64,000 bases of DNA from a virus (Duplodnaviria > Caudoviricetes), in IMG/VR virus record IMGVR_UViG_3300037067_020597, positions 10,963-74,962 of that record; one strand, given 5' to 3'. Shown here one piece after another: positions 20,524 through 29,159 of the stretch. Within the stretch, counting starts at the first letter, position 1, and each line of letters opens with the position of its first letter. The notes below the pieces were generated by a model. The model was not told the origin of the DNA. It made no database searches and saw only the letters and a program-made list of their open reading frames with translations. A program made the position numbers and the translations under genes.

Positions 20524-21039
20524 ATGAATATGGACTTTGCGATTATCGGTGCTTGGTTAATTTGTGCGGTAGCATCTGAACGAGCAACTGAGGCTATTAC
20601 TACGTCACTATTCTTTGCACCATTACGGCAATTTCTGGGCCGGGCCGCAATAGCAGATCAGCTGACTGATAAATATGAAGAAATATTTATCAGTAGGATT
20701 TTTGTCAAAGCGGCGAAATGGTCGTCCGATTTGGTGTCGTGTGGGTGGTGTACTAGTTTTTGGACATCTCTGTTTTTCTCTTTGTTTTTGCCGGGGGGAT
20801 ATTTTTCACTTATCGCTGCCGATAATATCATAGTAAAAACTATTGCCCTCTGGGGTTTTGCAAATCTGTGGCATTCTATCTTCAGGTTAATTCATAACGG
20901 TCGTGTTGCGGCTATAGATATCAATTTGAAGATTATTGACATTGACACTGATGTAAATAATAATGGAGGTTCTGATGGAGAATTTGGAGAGGGAGTTGGC
21001 GAGGCGGACTCAATCGGAATTGAACCGCCAACGGTTTGA
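20524..21039 (+). CDS. Membrane protein, DUF1360-like
   Basis: Hydrophobic segments; ERATEAI...FFAPLR and L.SCGWCTSFW pattern. Confidence 0.55.
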   Translation: MNMDFAIIGAWLICAVASERATEAITTSLFFAPLRQFLGRAAIADQLTDKYEEIFISRIFVKAAKWSSDLVSCGWCTSFWTSLFFSLFLPGGYFSLIAADNIIVKTIALWGFANLWHSIFRLIHNGRVAAIDINLKIIDIDTDVNNNGGSDGEFGEGVGEADSIGIEPPTV

Positions 21040-21502
21040 GCCTCCTACCATACGAACCGCATCAGATATTAAGCGTGTACTGGCCCAACTAGAGCCAAGT
21101 GCTACGATTAATACGAGCGCTAGTGATGTTACTCTGGCTGCTGAGATGACTGGGACAGACACTGAAAACCGTAGCCAAAAGTTTCGTGTATCAGCAAAAA
21201 CGAAGACTAGCTCTGTGCGAGATGTCCTGCTCGAAGGGCTTAATATGGTTAAGCAAAGAGAGGAGGCAGCCGCTCAAGTTCGAGATGAGCAGATACCAAT
21301 AGCTGTCGATGGCAAAGAAATGAAATCTCCATCAGTGATGGCCGAGAATAATTTTATTGCCATCGATCCGGTGATAGGTAGAACTCTTGGCGGTTATCGC
21401 TGTGGACATTATATCCAATGGGATTTGTCCGATGGCTTTACGTATCGTTATGACATATTTGTTCACAGACTAACTAGATTCAAAACTGAGAAGAAGTTAT
21501 GA
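20975..21502 (+). CDS. Hypothetical protein
   Basis: GGAGG SD at 20965-20969 supports the ATG at 20975 rather than 20963. Confidence 0.65.
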   Translation: MENLERELARRTQSELNRQRFEPPTIRTASDIKRVLAQLEPSATINTSASDVTLAAEMTGTDTENRSQKFRVSAKTKTSSVRDVLLEGLNMVKQREEAAAQVRDEQIPIAVDGKEMKSPSVMAENNFIAIDPVIGRTLGGYRCGHYIQWDLSDGFTYRYDIFVHRLTRFKTEKKL

Positions 21503-21807
21503 GAGAAATCGAATTGCCGCCGCTAGCAACATATAAAGCATTAGCGACATGGAAGCCACGGTATGCTGACTTTGTTGTGTGGGCTGGCTGGTTCCGGGTT
21601 TGGTTCGGCCTCGTAAACAATTTCGATCCCAAGAGTGGCAAAACGTCTGTCATATTTGAAGGAACGCCAAGGTTGCTTTTTACTTTGACAGATGAAGAAA
21701 TACAAAAGAATGCATACGTTTTTGATCTGGATCATATCCGTAACAATAAACGCGGACGCTGGTATATCCAGCAGTGTATAGATGGGAACACAATCTGGTA
21801 TATCTAA
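21499..21807 (+). CDS. Hypothetical protein
   Basis: ATGA overlap with the upstream gene. Confidence 0.65.
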   Translation: MREIELPPLATYKALATWKPRYADFVVWAGWFRVWFGLVNNFDPKSGKTSVIFEGTPRLLFTLTDEEIQKNAYVFDLDHIRNNKRGRWYIQQCIDGNTIWYI

Positions 21808-22369
21808 AATCGTCCCGGTAATGCTACCGCACCCTGAACCGTTGTCGGATTTGGCAATGGTTTCCAATATGTTGTGTTATATAGTTAAATATTATCAAAA
21901 TGTCGGCATTAGCTGCCTGATAACGCATAAAGACGGCAATGTTAGTATATCAATGGGCGATTGGAACGGCCAGACGATCGACTTGGCAAATATTAAGGAT
22001 TCTATGTCTCTTGTTGCAATCGACTTCTTGCATAAACAGGGACAACTTCTGGCAGCCATATCGAATGCTGCTGGTGTCAAGCAAGCTATTTATTATTTTG
22101 CACTTGATACTGGTGTTCCGGTTTTGGTAGATATTAGGCTAAGTTTGAATAAATTTCTTGGTCCAGGGATGATTAGAGATGTATTTGGCAAGACGTTTGA
22201 TACACAGCAGATATTGAAGGTCGACGTAATATCTGAACAGTTAATTGAGCAAATCAGAGATGGAGCAGGAAATTTTGGTGATGGTGTCATAATCAAGCCA
22301 AGTAGATTTAGGTTTACTGAAGCAGATGGCAAATTGATGCCGCTTTATATTAAGGTTCAACACGATTAA
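21782..22369 (+). CDS. Possible degenerate ATP-dependent ligase / nucleotidyltransferase-fold protein
   Basis: DGVIIKP (motif IV-like) and LYIKV (motif V-like) at the C-terminus; motif I is not canonical. Confidence 0.3.
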   Translation: MGTQSGISKIVPVMLPHPEPLSDLAMVSNMLCYIVKYYQNVGISCLITHKDGNVSISMGDWNGQTIDLANIKDSMSLVAIDFLHKQGQLLAAISNAAGVKQAIYYFALDTGVPVLVDIRLSLNKFLGPGMIRDVFGKTFDTQQILKVDVISEQLIEQIRDGAGNFGDGVIIKPSRFRFTEADGKLMPLYIKVQHD

Positions 22370-22382
22370 GCGAGGTGGTGTC

Positions 22383-22910
22383 ATTTTAGTTCTAACAGCA
22401 GGGCTCCCAGCTGCGGGTAAATCGAAGGCTATAGATATTCTAGCCAAGCATAAAGAATATACTTGGCATATTATCAGACCGTCAGACTGGGTTCCTGAAA
22501 ATCTAGCTACATTGGATGAGAAAACACAACGAGAATTCAATATAGGTTGTTGGTCTGTTGCACTTGAGAAGTGTAAAGAAGCAATCGCTCAAGTACCACC
22601 TAACGAAATCATTGTATTAGATACGTGTAATTCAAAGTTTAATTCGCACGTATCGATGATAGCTGACGCAAAGAAAGCACTACATAAGGTAGTCTTGTTT
22701 TTCGTTCAAGCCAATGTTGATTTGTGTTTAGAAAGAAACTCGCAGTTGTCCAAAACATTGTTATGTGATTATGTTGATAGATTCAAGTCGTCATTACCAA
22801 AATACAAGAAGTCTTGTGATCTTTTTGTGGTAGTACGAAACAATGGGATTTTGGAACAACTCGAAACAGAATTATATGATGTTTGGAAACGATTGTGCCA
22901 GAGTATCTAA
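22383..22910 (+). CDS. P-loop kinase (AAA_33 / polynucleotide-kinase-like) with a non-canonical start
   Basis: Frame is open from 22338 with ILVLTAGLPAAGKS (Walker A) and later IVLDTCN...R; there is no ATG/GTG/TTG before the TTG at 22512; GAGGT SD at 22372-22376 lies 6 nt before an ATT. Confidence 0.75.
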   Translation: MLVLTAGLPAAGKSKAIDILAKHKEYTWHIIRPSDWVPENLATLDEKTQREFNIGCWSVALEKCKEAIAQVPPNEIIVLDTCNSKFNSHVSMIADAKKALHKVVLFFVQANVDLCLERNSQLSKTLLCDYVDRFKSSLPKYKKSCDLFVVVRNNGILEQLETELYDVWKRLCQSI

Positions 22911-24724
22911 ACCCACACCCACACGATTTGTACTTGGTTGGGCCAAATGGTGATACTATACATATTCGAAAAGGACGTAGAGTAAGACTGCCCGACTTTT
23001 TTGATCGCTATGTTAGTAAGGATAACGCTGGGACTAAAGGGTATTTAGTTAATGTCGACAAAATACCCGTAGCACCGCCTCCAAGACGAGAGATCAGGGC
23101 TGTGCGCCAGCTGGGGCGGCCAGTCAAGATAGTAAGACAGCCAATAAAAGATGTAAAACATCAACGTCCCATCGTAGGGCGTATGCACAGAAATAATGAT
23201 CCGGCACGATCAAAGAACTTTACAGGCCAAGTATATCCGATTAGCAACGGCGTTGGTGTTGGAATATTGACATATAATCGACCAGCATCGCTACGTCGGT
23301 TGATAGATTCTATTTCTCAGTATACGGATACGTGTCGCACAACTATATTCGTGAGTGACGATGGCAGCACGAACCCAGATCAACTACAATACTTAGAAGA
23401 GCTTAAATTACGTGGCGACATAATAGTTGTACAGAATAAAAACCAATTAGGTGTCGCTGGTAATAGTAATCGTTTGATGAGGTGTCTTTCACGCTTTCCT
23501 AAGAAACTCCTATTGAACGACGATGTTGAAATATTGGCAGAAGGGTGGGAGCATTTTTATTTTTCGGTAATGCAACGAACCAATTTTCATCATTTTTGCT
23601 ACCGGCAGCCTGGAGTATATGGCGCTGTCAAAGGAAATAATGTAACAGTAAATGGCGTTGTTTTGAATGTCGTGGATAATAAACCGCACGGCGCTGTAAT
23701 GGCATTTGATCATACTGCTTTTTCTAATATTGGATATTTTGATGAGCAGTTTGGGCAATATGGTGTTGAGCATGTAGATTGGTCTACCAGGCTGTCGGAT
23801 AGCAAGCTACAACAACCTGGTTTTTTCGATGTCAATGGTTCTGACGCATATTTTATAGTCCATGCAGAACATTCGGCTGTGGAAAATAGAATTGAAAAGT
23901 TTAGAGCGGCTAAGGCAATATTGAATAAAGTTGGCGTCAGACCTGTTTATGTTGAGGCTAGTGATAAAACCATGGTGCCGCGCATATCATGTGTGATACC
24001 ATTTCGGGAAATCGACAGAAAAAGCTCTATATTTACTGTTCTTAATAATATCAGAGCACAACGATTTCCAGATATTGAAATCGTGATGTCCGAGGAAGAT
24101 GAACGATCTAAAATTAAGGATAATGAATGTGCTCCTGCAATGCACATTTTTACAGTGGGACAGCCAAGCGCAGCATTCAATAAGAGTAAAGCGTGGAATG
24201 TTGGCGTAAGCATATGTACATGTGACATGCTAGTCTTACATGATGCAGATACTTTAGCACCTGGTGAATATTTTCAAGCAGTCGCTGACGAATTGACTAC
24301 AGCAGAATCATGCCATCTTTGCAAGCAGATATTTTACATAGGCGCAGCTGCGACAGAAGCAATTAACTCAACTGGTGTAATTAATCGGCCACCGTATGAT
24401 CTATTAGTCGATTATTTTGAAGGTGGTACAATTGCATGTCGCCGAAAAGCATATTGGAGAATAGGCGGCTTCTCCGAAGAATTTGTGGGATATGGTGTAG
24501 AAGATAACGATTTTTATTTTAGATTGTCGAAGGCCACTATTTGGCGTGAAAACAGACATTTCGATCTTTTACATCTATATCATATAAGAGTTAATAATTG
24601 GGCGGCATTTCATAAAAAGAACAAAGAATTAGGGCAGAAGCTCGATGCATTGTCGCTCAATGATAGAATAACTCGCCAGCGTCAATTGTTAATCAGAAGT
24701 GGGCGTGGTCATCATTTAGATTAG
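22895..24724 (+). CDS. Two-domain GT2-family glycosyltransferase with a small extra N-terminal domain
   Basis: GILTYNRP, VSDDGS, LLLNDDV, FDEQFGQYGVEHVDW; second domain SCVIPFR, FNKSKAWNVG, LHDAD, FSEEFVGYGVEDNDF; GTG start gives MPEYLNP. Confidence 0.88.
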   Translation: MPEYLNPHPHDLYLVGPNGDTIHIRKGRRVRLPDFFDRYVSKDNAGTKGYLVNVDKIPVAPPPRREIRAVRQLGRPVKIVRQPIKDVKHQRPIVGRMHRNNDPARSKNFTGQVYPISNGVGVGILTYNRPASLRRLIDSISQYTDTCRTTIFVSDDGSTNPDQLQYLEELKLRGDIIVVQNKNQLGVAGNSNRLMRCLSRFPKKLLLNDDVEILAEGWEHFYFSVMQRTNFHHFCYRQPGVYGAVKGNNVTVNGVVLNVVDNKPHGAVMAFDHTAFSNIGYFDEQFGQYGVEHVDWSTRLSDSKLQQPGFFDVNGSDAYFIVHAEHSAVENRIEKFRAAKAILNKVGVRPVYVEASDKTMVPRISCVIPFREIDRKSSIFTVLNNIRAQRFPDIEIVMSEEDERSKIKDNECAPAMHIFTVGQPSAAFNKSKAWNVGVSICTCDMLVLHDADTLAPGEYFQAVADELTTAESCHLCKQIFYIGAAATEAINSTGVINRPPYDLLVDYFEGGTIACRRKAYWRIGGFSEEFVGYGVEDNDFYFRLSKATIWRENRHFDLLHLYHIRVNNWAAFHKKNKELGQKLDALSLNDRITRQRQLLIRSGRGHHLD

Positions 24725-24733
24725 GATAACAGC

Positions 24734-25693
24734 ATGCGTGTGTTATTTTGTAATAAACCCGGTGGTGCATGGGGTTTCGTTACTGAGAGTATGATAAACG
24801 CACTTCGTGATGTTGGCATAGAGACAGCAAGATGGGATGGTAACTACAATACTTGGCAGTCTTTTGCTCCGGATGTTTATATTGGATCGAGCGGCCATAA
24901 GCAGCCGATACCGAGTGTGCGATCATGTAAGGTCGCACTGCAAGTAAATCCGTTTGGCCCAATTAAAGTAGAGCCAAACATCAACGAATCAACTGATACG
25001 ATTGAATGGGTTAAATCGGTGCGACCGAATGTTGTCTTCGGCTATGCACATGAAAGCGATCGTTTTTATTGGTCATATTGGGCAAACGTGGCCCAATGGA
25101 TTCCGATGGCGACAGCTGGAGATGTCACGATATTTAAACATACAAATGGAACACATAACCAATTCGATATAGGTTATGTCGGTGGCCGCTGGCCATATAA
25201 AGCCCAAGATATAGATGCCTATTTATTGCCGGTATTGCGCGATAAGTCTATATCGCACAGAGTATGCGGATGGGGCACATGGCCAGAAGGATTATGTTCC
25301 GGCAAAATCACAGATGAAGAAGTGCCAATATTGTTGGCAAGTTGTAAAATTGCACCGTGTATTAGTGAACCTCATACACTAGAACATGGAATCGATTTGC
25401 CTGAAAGGGTGTTTAAGGCGGCATTAAGCGGTGCAGTTGTAGTTCACGATCCTGCGAAGGGTCTAGAGAGATATCTTCCACACGCAATAATAGCAAGCAA
25501 CCCTAAGTCATTCCATTTTGAGATTAGGAGCCTACTTGCTGATCAGAGCTTTTTGTCAAGCATAGCTGAAACACAGCGCCAAGATGTTTTACAAGCCCAT
25601 ACATATCATCATAGAATGGCTACGTTGATGACGTCACTGGGATTTGACGGGGAAGCAGAGTCGCTGTTATGTGCAGTAGAGAAATTTAAATGA
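24734..25693 (+). CDS. GT-B glycosyltransferase, CgeB / Glyco_trans_1_2-like
   Basis: DIGYVGGRW, ERVFKAALSG, HTYHHRM pattern. Confidence 0.75.
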   Translation: MRVLFCNKPGGAWGFVTESMINALRDVGIETARWDGNYNTWQSFAPDVYIGSSGHKQPIPSVRSCKVALQVNPFGPIKVEPNINESTDTIEWVKSVRPNVVFGYAHESDRFYWSYWANVAQWIPMATAGDVTIFKHTNGTHNQFDIGYVGGRWPYKAQDIDAYLLPVLRDKSISHRVCGWGTWPEGLCSGKITDEEVPILLASCKIAPCISEPHTLEHGIDLPERVFKAALSGAVVVHDPAKGLERYLPHAIIASNPKSFHFEIRSLLADQSFLSSIAETQRQDVLQAHTYHHRMATLMTSLGFDGEAESLLCAVEKFK

Positions 25694-26658
25694 TTGCAAT
25701 AGACTTTTCAATGTTAAGCCAAAACAGACTGCCACGCTGTGCATATCAGCTTGCAAATTTGGCAGAAATAGCAGATCGTATGCATCTTTCTGTGAAGGTA
25801 ATAGCTACCGATAATCAATTAGCAAAAATGCCGATTTTGCGGCGCGTTGAACATCTAATATCAAATGATTATACTGATGTGACCTTGTATATCGCGAAAT
25901 CAGACACATTTTATTTCGATCGCAATTGGAGAAATATAGAGAATCTACTAGCCTATAAGGTTTGTTTAAGTTCGTCTGATAGAGTTTTCAGAGAAAGAGA
26001 TGGCAGTTGGAAAGGAGAATCCGGTGGTGCTGTTCAGAATCGATGCGATTTGTATATGCCAGTGAATTGTACTCCACAGCTATTGCAGAGCCATGGTCAT
26101 AAGACGATCCCTGTAGCACACCGGACCTCAACACAAGTTTTTGATCTATTTGCTAAAATGGGGTTAGATTATGCTTATCTTGATGATGATGTTCAAACCA
26201 TCAGAGACGCTTTTACGGTAGAGAATATCGGGTTAGCCGGTTTTATGGGACGCAGTGGATATGGTGAGCGACGTAACACAAGCGGCATGCCGACATGGGT
26301 CAATTTACTATGGGTTGCCGGAGCATCAGCACATCAATATATTAAAAACTTGCTCTCTTATACAGCTTGTGTCGATTTGCGTGGTGCTGGCGATAAAAGT
26401 CTACGATTTATAGAAGCTGTTATATTTGGACGCACAATAATAACGAGGCAACAGAGATCGCCATATCTTCCACCTTTGATAGATGGACACAATGCCATTA
26501 TCGTGAAAGAATGGAGTGAATTGGATTCACGTGTTGATTTGCCGCTTTGGCAATCTGTCGTTGAACAAGCTACTAAAGATTATTTGACACACTGGTCACA
26601 ATTAGCACAGTTTAAGATGATACTAGAAAGGGCTGGATATGATCAACATAGTGCTTGA
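25690..26658 (+). CDS. Putative GT-B glycosyltransferase
   Basis: DLRGAGDKSLRFIEAVIFG...LIDGHNAIIV resembles the donor-binding region of GT-B enzymes; coupled to the upstream GT. Confidence 0.55.
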   Translation: MIAIDFSMLSQNRLPRCAYQLANLAEIADRMHLSVKVIATDNQLAKMPILRRVEHLISNDYTDVTLYIAKSDTFYFDRNWRNIENLLAYKVCLSSSDRVFRERDGSWKGESGGAVQNRCDLYMPVNCTPQLLQSHGHKTIPVAHRTSTQVFDLFAKMGLDYAYLDDDVQTIRDAFTVENIGLAGFMGRSGYGERRNTSGMPTWVNLLWVAGASAHQYIKNLLSYTACVDLRGAGDKSLRFIEAVIFGRTIITRQQRSPYLPPLIDGHNAIIVKEWSELDSRVDLPLWQSVVEQATKDYLTHWSQLAQFKMILERAGYDQHSA

Positions 26659-26965
26659 ATTCGATGCAGCCGATAAGAAGATTTTTAGATTTACTATACG
26701 TAGTGAGGAAGATTGGATCTCCCACCTATCGTCTGGCGATGAAATAGGATTCGATCTTGTAGAGTCAAAAGAATTCTTTTATGTTACAATATCACGTCGT
26801 GTGTATCTGGTCGGCCACACAGAGCCGATTTATGTGATATGCGTCCCTACGAAATTTAAGACAGTCAACGAAGCAGAGAAATTTTTTGATAAGTTCAAAA
26901 AACAATTTGGTAATGATTTATCAATTGATAGAGATGAAACTGATATTTTAGAGCAGCCAGAATAG
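26639..26965 (+). CDS. Hypothetical protein
   Basis: 108-aa ORF overlapping the GT stop. Confidence 0.6.
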   Translation: MINIVLEFDAADKKIFRFTIRSEEDWISHLSSGDEIGFDLVESKEFFYVTISRRVYLVGHTEPIYVICVPTKFKTVNEAEKFFDKFKKQFGNDLSIDRDETDILEQPE

Positions 26966-27313
26966 CTAAATTCTCATGATAAGTTTTTGATCTGGTTCGT
27001 ATTCAAGTATCTCTACATCGAATACGAAAACATCTTTGAGTACTCGTGGATAAGTGAATTTTATTGCTTGCCATCCTTTTTTATCCATCCATTTAGCATC
27101 GCGTATATCTAGTTCTACTGTGCCACAAAACCATTCTTCAGGGAGATTCCTTCTAGCGAATCTCATTGCTATGTGTGGATCTTCGAATACAGGAACTATG
27201 GGCCTATCTTTTTCACGTATTACTAAGATAGGCACCCATTTTTGAGTTCCACATTCAACTTTCATTTCTTGGGCTGTCATTTGCCCTTGCGTGCAGAAGA
27301 GGCAATAAGTCAT
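26966..27313 (-). CDS. Hypothetical protein
   Basis: 115-aa ORF coupled to the upstream minus-strand gene. Confidence 0.6.
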   Translation of the reverse strand: MTYCLFCTQGQMTAQEMKVECGTQKWVPILVIREKDRPIVPVFEDPHIAMRFARRNLPEEWFCGTVELDIRDAKWMDKKGWQAIKFTYPRVLKDVFVFDVEILEYEPDQKLIMRI

Positions 27314-27552
27314 AATGGCGGTAGTGGTAGTTCTTTGCGAGTAGAGAAATATTTAAATGCAGCTTGCAGCTCTTCAGACGAGAACCCTATATCGAGGATG
27401 CAGTCTCGCCATCGTTTAGCATATCTAGATATTAGAGCATATTCCATACCAGTTATTGGAACAGCTGTACCATTCTTCCTGCAAGTACATATGGTCCTGT
27501 CATACTCCTCGGTATTTATGTAGTATTGCTCTGCTAAGTCATAGACATCCAT
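27310..27552 (-). CDS. Hypothetical protein
   Basis: 80-aa ORF with ATGA overlap. Confidence 0.55.
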   Translation of the reverse strand: MDVYDLAEQYYINTEEYDRTICTCRKNGTAVPITGMEYALISRYAKRWRDCILDIGFSSEELQAAFKYFSTRKELPLPPL

Positions 27553-27658
27553 AGTGTTAAAATACGTTCTATTTCGTAATTATTTGGATTATTCGAGCAA
27601 AATTAATGTGGGCAGAGAAAAGATAGTAAGCGTAAACAACCTTTGTCGGAGATTAACG

Positions 27659-28063
27659 ATGAGTGCTCAACCAGCCAATACCGCGATTTCGGTTTTTCGG
27701 AATGTCCGAAGCTATCGCCAAGATCTTCGCCATGAGGCAATCGGTGCTTTGATCAAGCGATTACGTCCCTTGGTCATGAGTGTTCCTGGACAGGAAATAC
27801 TGGTCGGCGTTTTGGCCAGGGATACTACTGTCTCGGACTTCAGCCCGTATTGCGGCGAAGCTCGTTTTGGCGCAAGCCGTGGCTTCCCGATTGTGGTCGG
27901 TCTGTACAAGGTCGAGAGCTTTGCTTCGGCCCAGGAAAATCTTCCTGGTATCGATTTCGCTTTCCAGATTGGAAGCGACATGTTCTTGACCAATACCCAG
28001 GCCAACCTGACACGAGACCTCCAGGCAGACCTGCGAGCAGACGCCGCCGTTCATGCAACCTAA
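27659..28063 (+). CDS. Hypothetical protein, probably an abundant virion protein
   Basis: CGGAGATTAAC RBS identical to the sheath gene's; locally GC-richer codons; has its own downstream hairpin. Confidence 0.65.
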   Translation: MSAQPANTAISVFRNVRSYRQDLRHEAIGALIKRLRPLVMSVPGQEILVGVLARDTTVSDFSPYCGEARFGASRGFPIVVGLYKVESFASAQENLPGIDFAFQIGSDMFLTNTQANLTRDLQADLRADAAVHAT

Positions 28064-28091
28064 TGCTAGCGATAGCATTATGAACTCGACC

Positions 28092-28121
28092 ACAACAGCG
28101 GCCCTAAAAAGCCGCTGTTGT
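28092..28121. terminator. Stable hairpin, likely a terminator
   Basis: ACAACAGCGGC / GCCGCTGTTGT 11-bp stem with an 8-nt loop; weak U tract. Confidence 0.6.
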
Positions 28122-28127
28122 CGTATC

Positions 28128-28135
28128 CAAACATA
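28128..28135 (+). promoter_or_regulatory. Candidate late-promoter element CAAACATA
   Basis: Just after the hairpin, 5 nt before ATG 28141. Confidence 0.35.
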
Positions 28136-28140
28136 CTTAT

Positions 28141-28470
28141 ATGAGACACTTTGATAAAATCCTGTCTGAAGCTCTTAATCGTCACAGCCTAAAAGGGGAT
28201 GATTTAAGAGACGCAATGTATGAAATCGCTCAGAGGGCTTTAAGGCTTGAGGTCGACGACAACGAGGAAGAATTGGATCACCTTGCAAATGCAATGCAAG
28301 AACTAAAAACTGAGGAAAATGCAGACGAATTTGAGCGATATCGGGACGAAATTGTCCGCAGAAATGAAGATAATCCTCGGTTTAGCAAAATATTGAGGAA
28401 AAGAATCAAGCAGGGCTGTGATTTATCTTTGTGGATGTTTAAGCATTTGGTTGATCGGGCTCAGAAATAG
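28141..28470 (+). CDS. Hypothetical protein (MRHFDKILSE-A), candidate head protein
   Basis: 109-aa helical ORF carrying the N-terminal ILSE motif. Confidence 0.6.
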   Translation: MRHFDKILSEALNRHSLKGDDLRDAMYEIAQRALRLEVDDNEEELDHLANAMQELKTEENADEFERYRDEIVRRNEDNPRFSKILRKRIKQGCDLSLWMFKHLVDRAQK

Positions 28471-28517
28471 CTGCTAGATATTGAAGTGCCTACACTGCTA
28501 CGAAGGCATCTGCTTGC

Positions 28518-28525
28518 CAAATATA
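28518..28525 (+). promoter_or_regulatory. Candidate late-promoter element CAAATATA
   Basis: Intergenic, before 28554. Confidence 0.35.
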
Positions 28526-28553
28526 GTTATGACACATTAGATGGGAGATTAAT

Positions 28554-29087
28554 ATGTCCGCCCAAGTTCCATTTACTGCCTACTTTCGAACTGTTCCTGC
28601 ACGTGGCAGAGAGAAATGGGTATATGTCAGAGATTTGCAGCGCCTCGGCGTTCAGCTTTACGCTGAATTAGAGGCGGTATCTGGAATTACATTGCCTATC
28701 CCCGGTGGTGGACAAAACGGCTTAAGTGGCCAGTTTGGCAGTATTGTTGATGGGACGGGTGTTCGCCCACAATTTGGTAATAATCCTTCGTTGTTGATGA
28801 TTGAAGGATTTTATACAGCCAGCAGCAGCCCCAGCGCTCAACCTGCACTGCCAATGATGCTTATTCATTCGAACGAAGTCCTTACTGGCCCAAGAGGACC
28901 ACGTTTATGGGGTAATGACAGCAATTATCCGACTACTACTGTCAACAACGAAGCAGCAGCTCTACGTACTCTTCTTAATAATGCTGCTGCAGCTATCACG
29001 GATGATTCCGGTGGACATCCGGAGCTATTTAGACTCAATTATAAAGACATTACGTTTGGCGATTCTGGGATCACATTCCCGACATAG
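28554..29087 (+). CDS. Hypothetical virion-associated protein
   Basis: GGGAGATTAAT RBS; located in the neck gene block. Confidence 0.65.
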   Translation: MSAQVPFTAYFRTVPARGREKWVYVRDLQRLGVQLYAELEAVSGITLPIPGGGQNGLSGQFGSIVDGTGVRPQFGNNPSLLMIEGFYTASSSPSAQPALPMMLIHSNEVLTGPRGPRLWGNDSNYPTTTVNNEAAALRTLLNNAAAAITDDSGGHPELFRLNYKDITFGDSGITFPT

Positions 29088-29132
29088 CAACTTATTCTCA
29101 TCTCTGTAGTCGGTAAGTAAGTATCCTTGTCT

Positions 29133-29140
29133 CAAAGATA
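29133..29140 (+). promoter_or_regulatory. Candidate late-promoter element CAAAGATA
   Basis: Intergenic, before the gp13-like neck gene. Confidence 0.35.
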
Positions 29141-29159
29141 TGACGGAGGATCTGAGTAT

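Noticed and set aside
27554-27658. 35-codon N-terminal extension of the 27659 gene from GTG 27554
   Set aside because: It has no SD, abuts a divergent start, and the strong RBS points to ATG 27659
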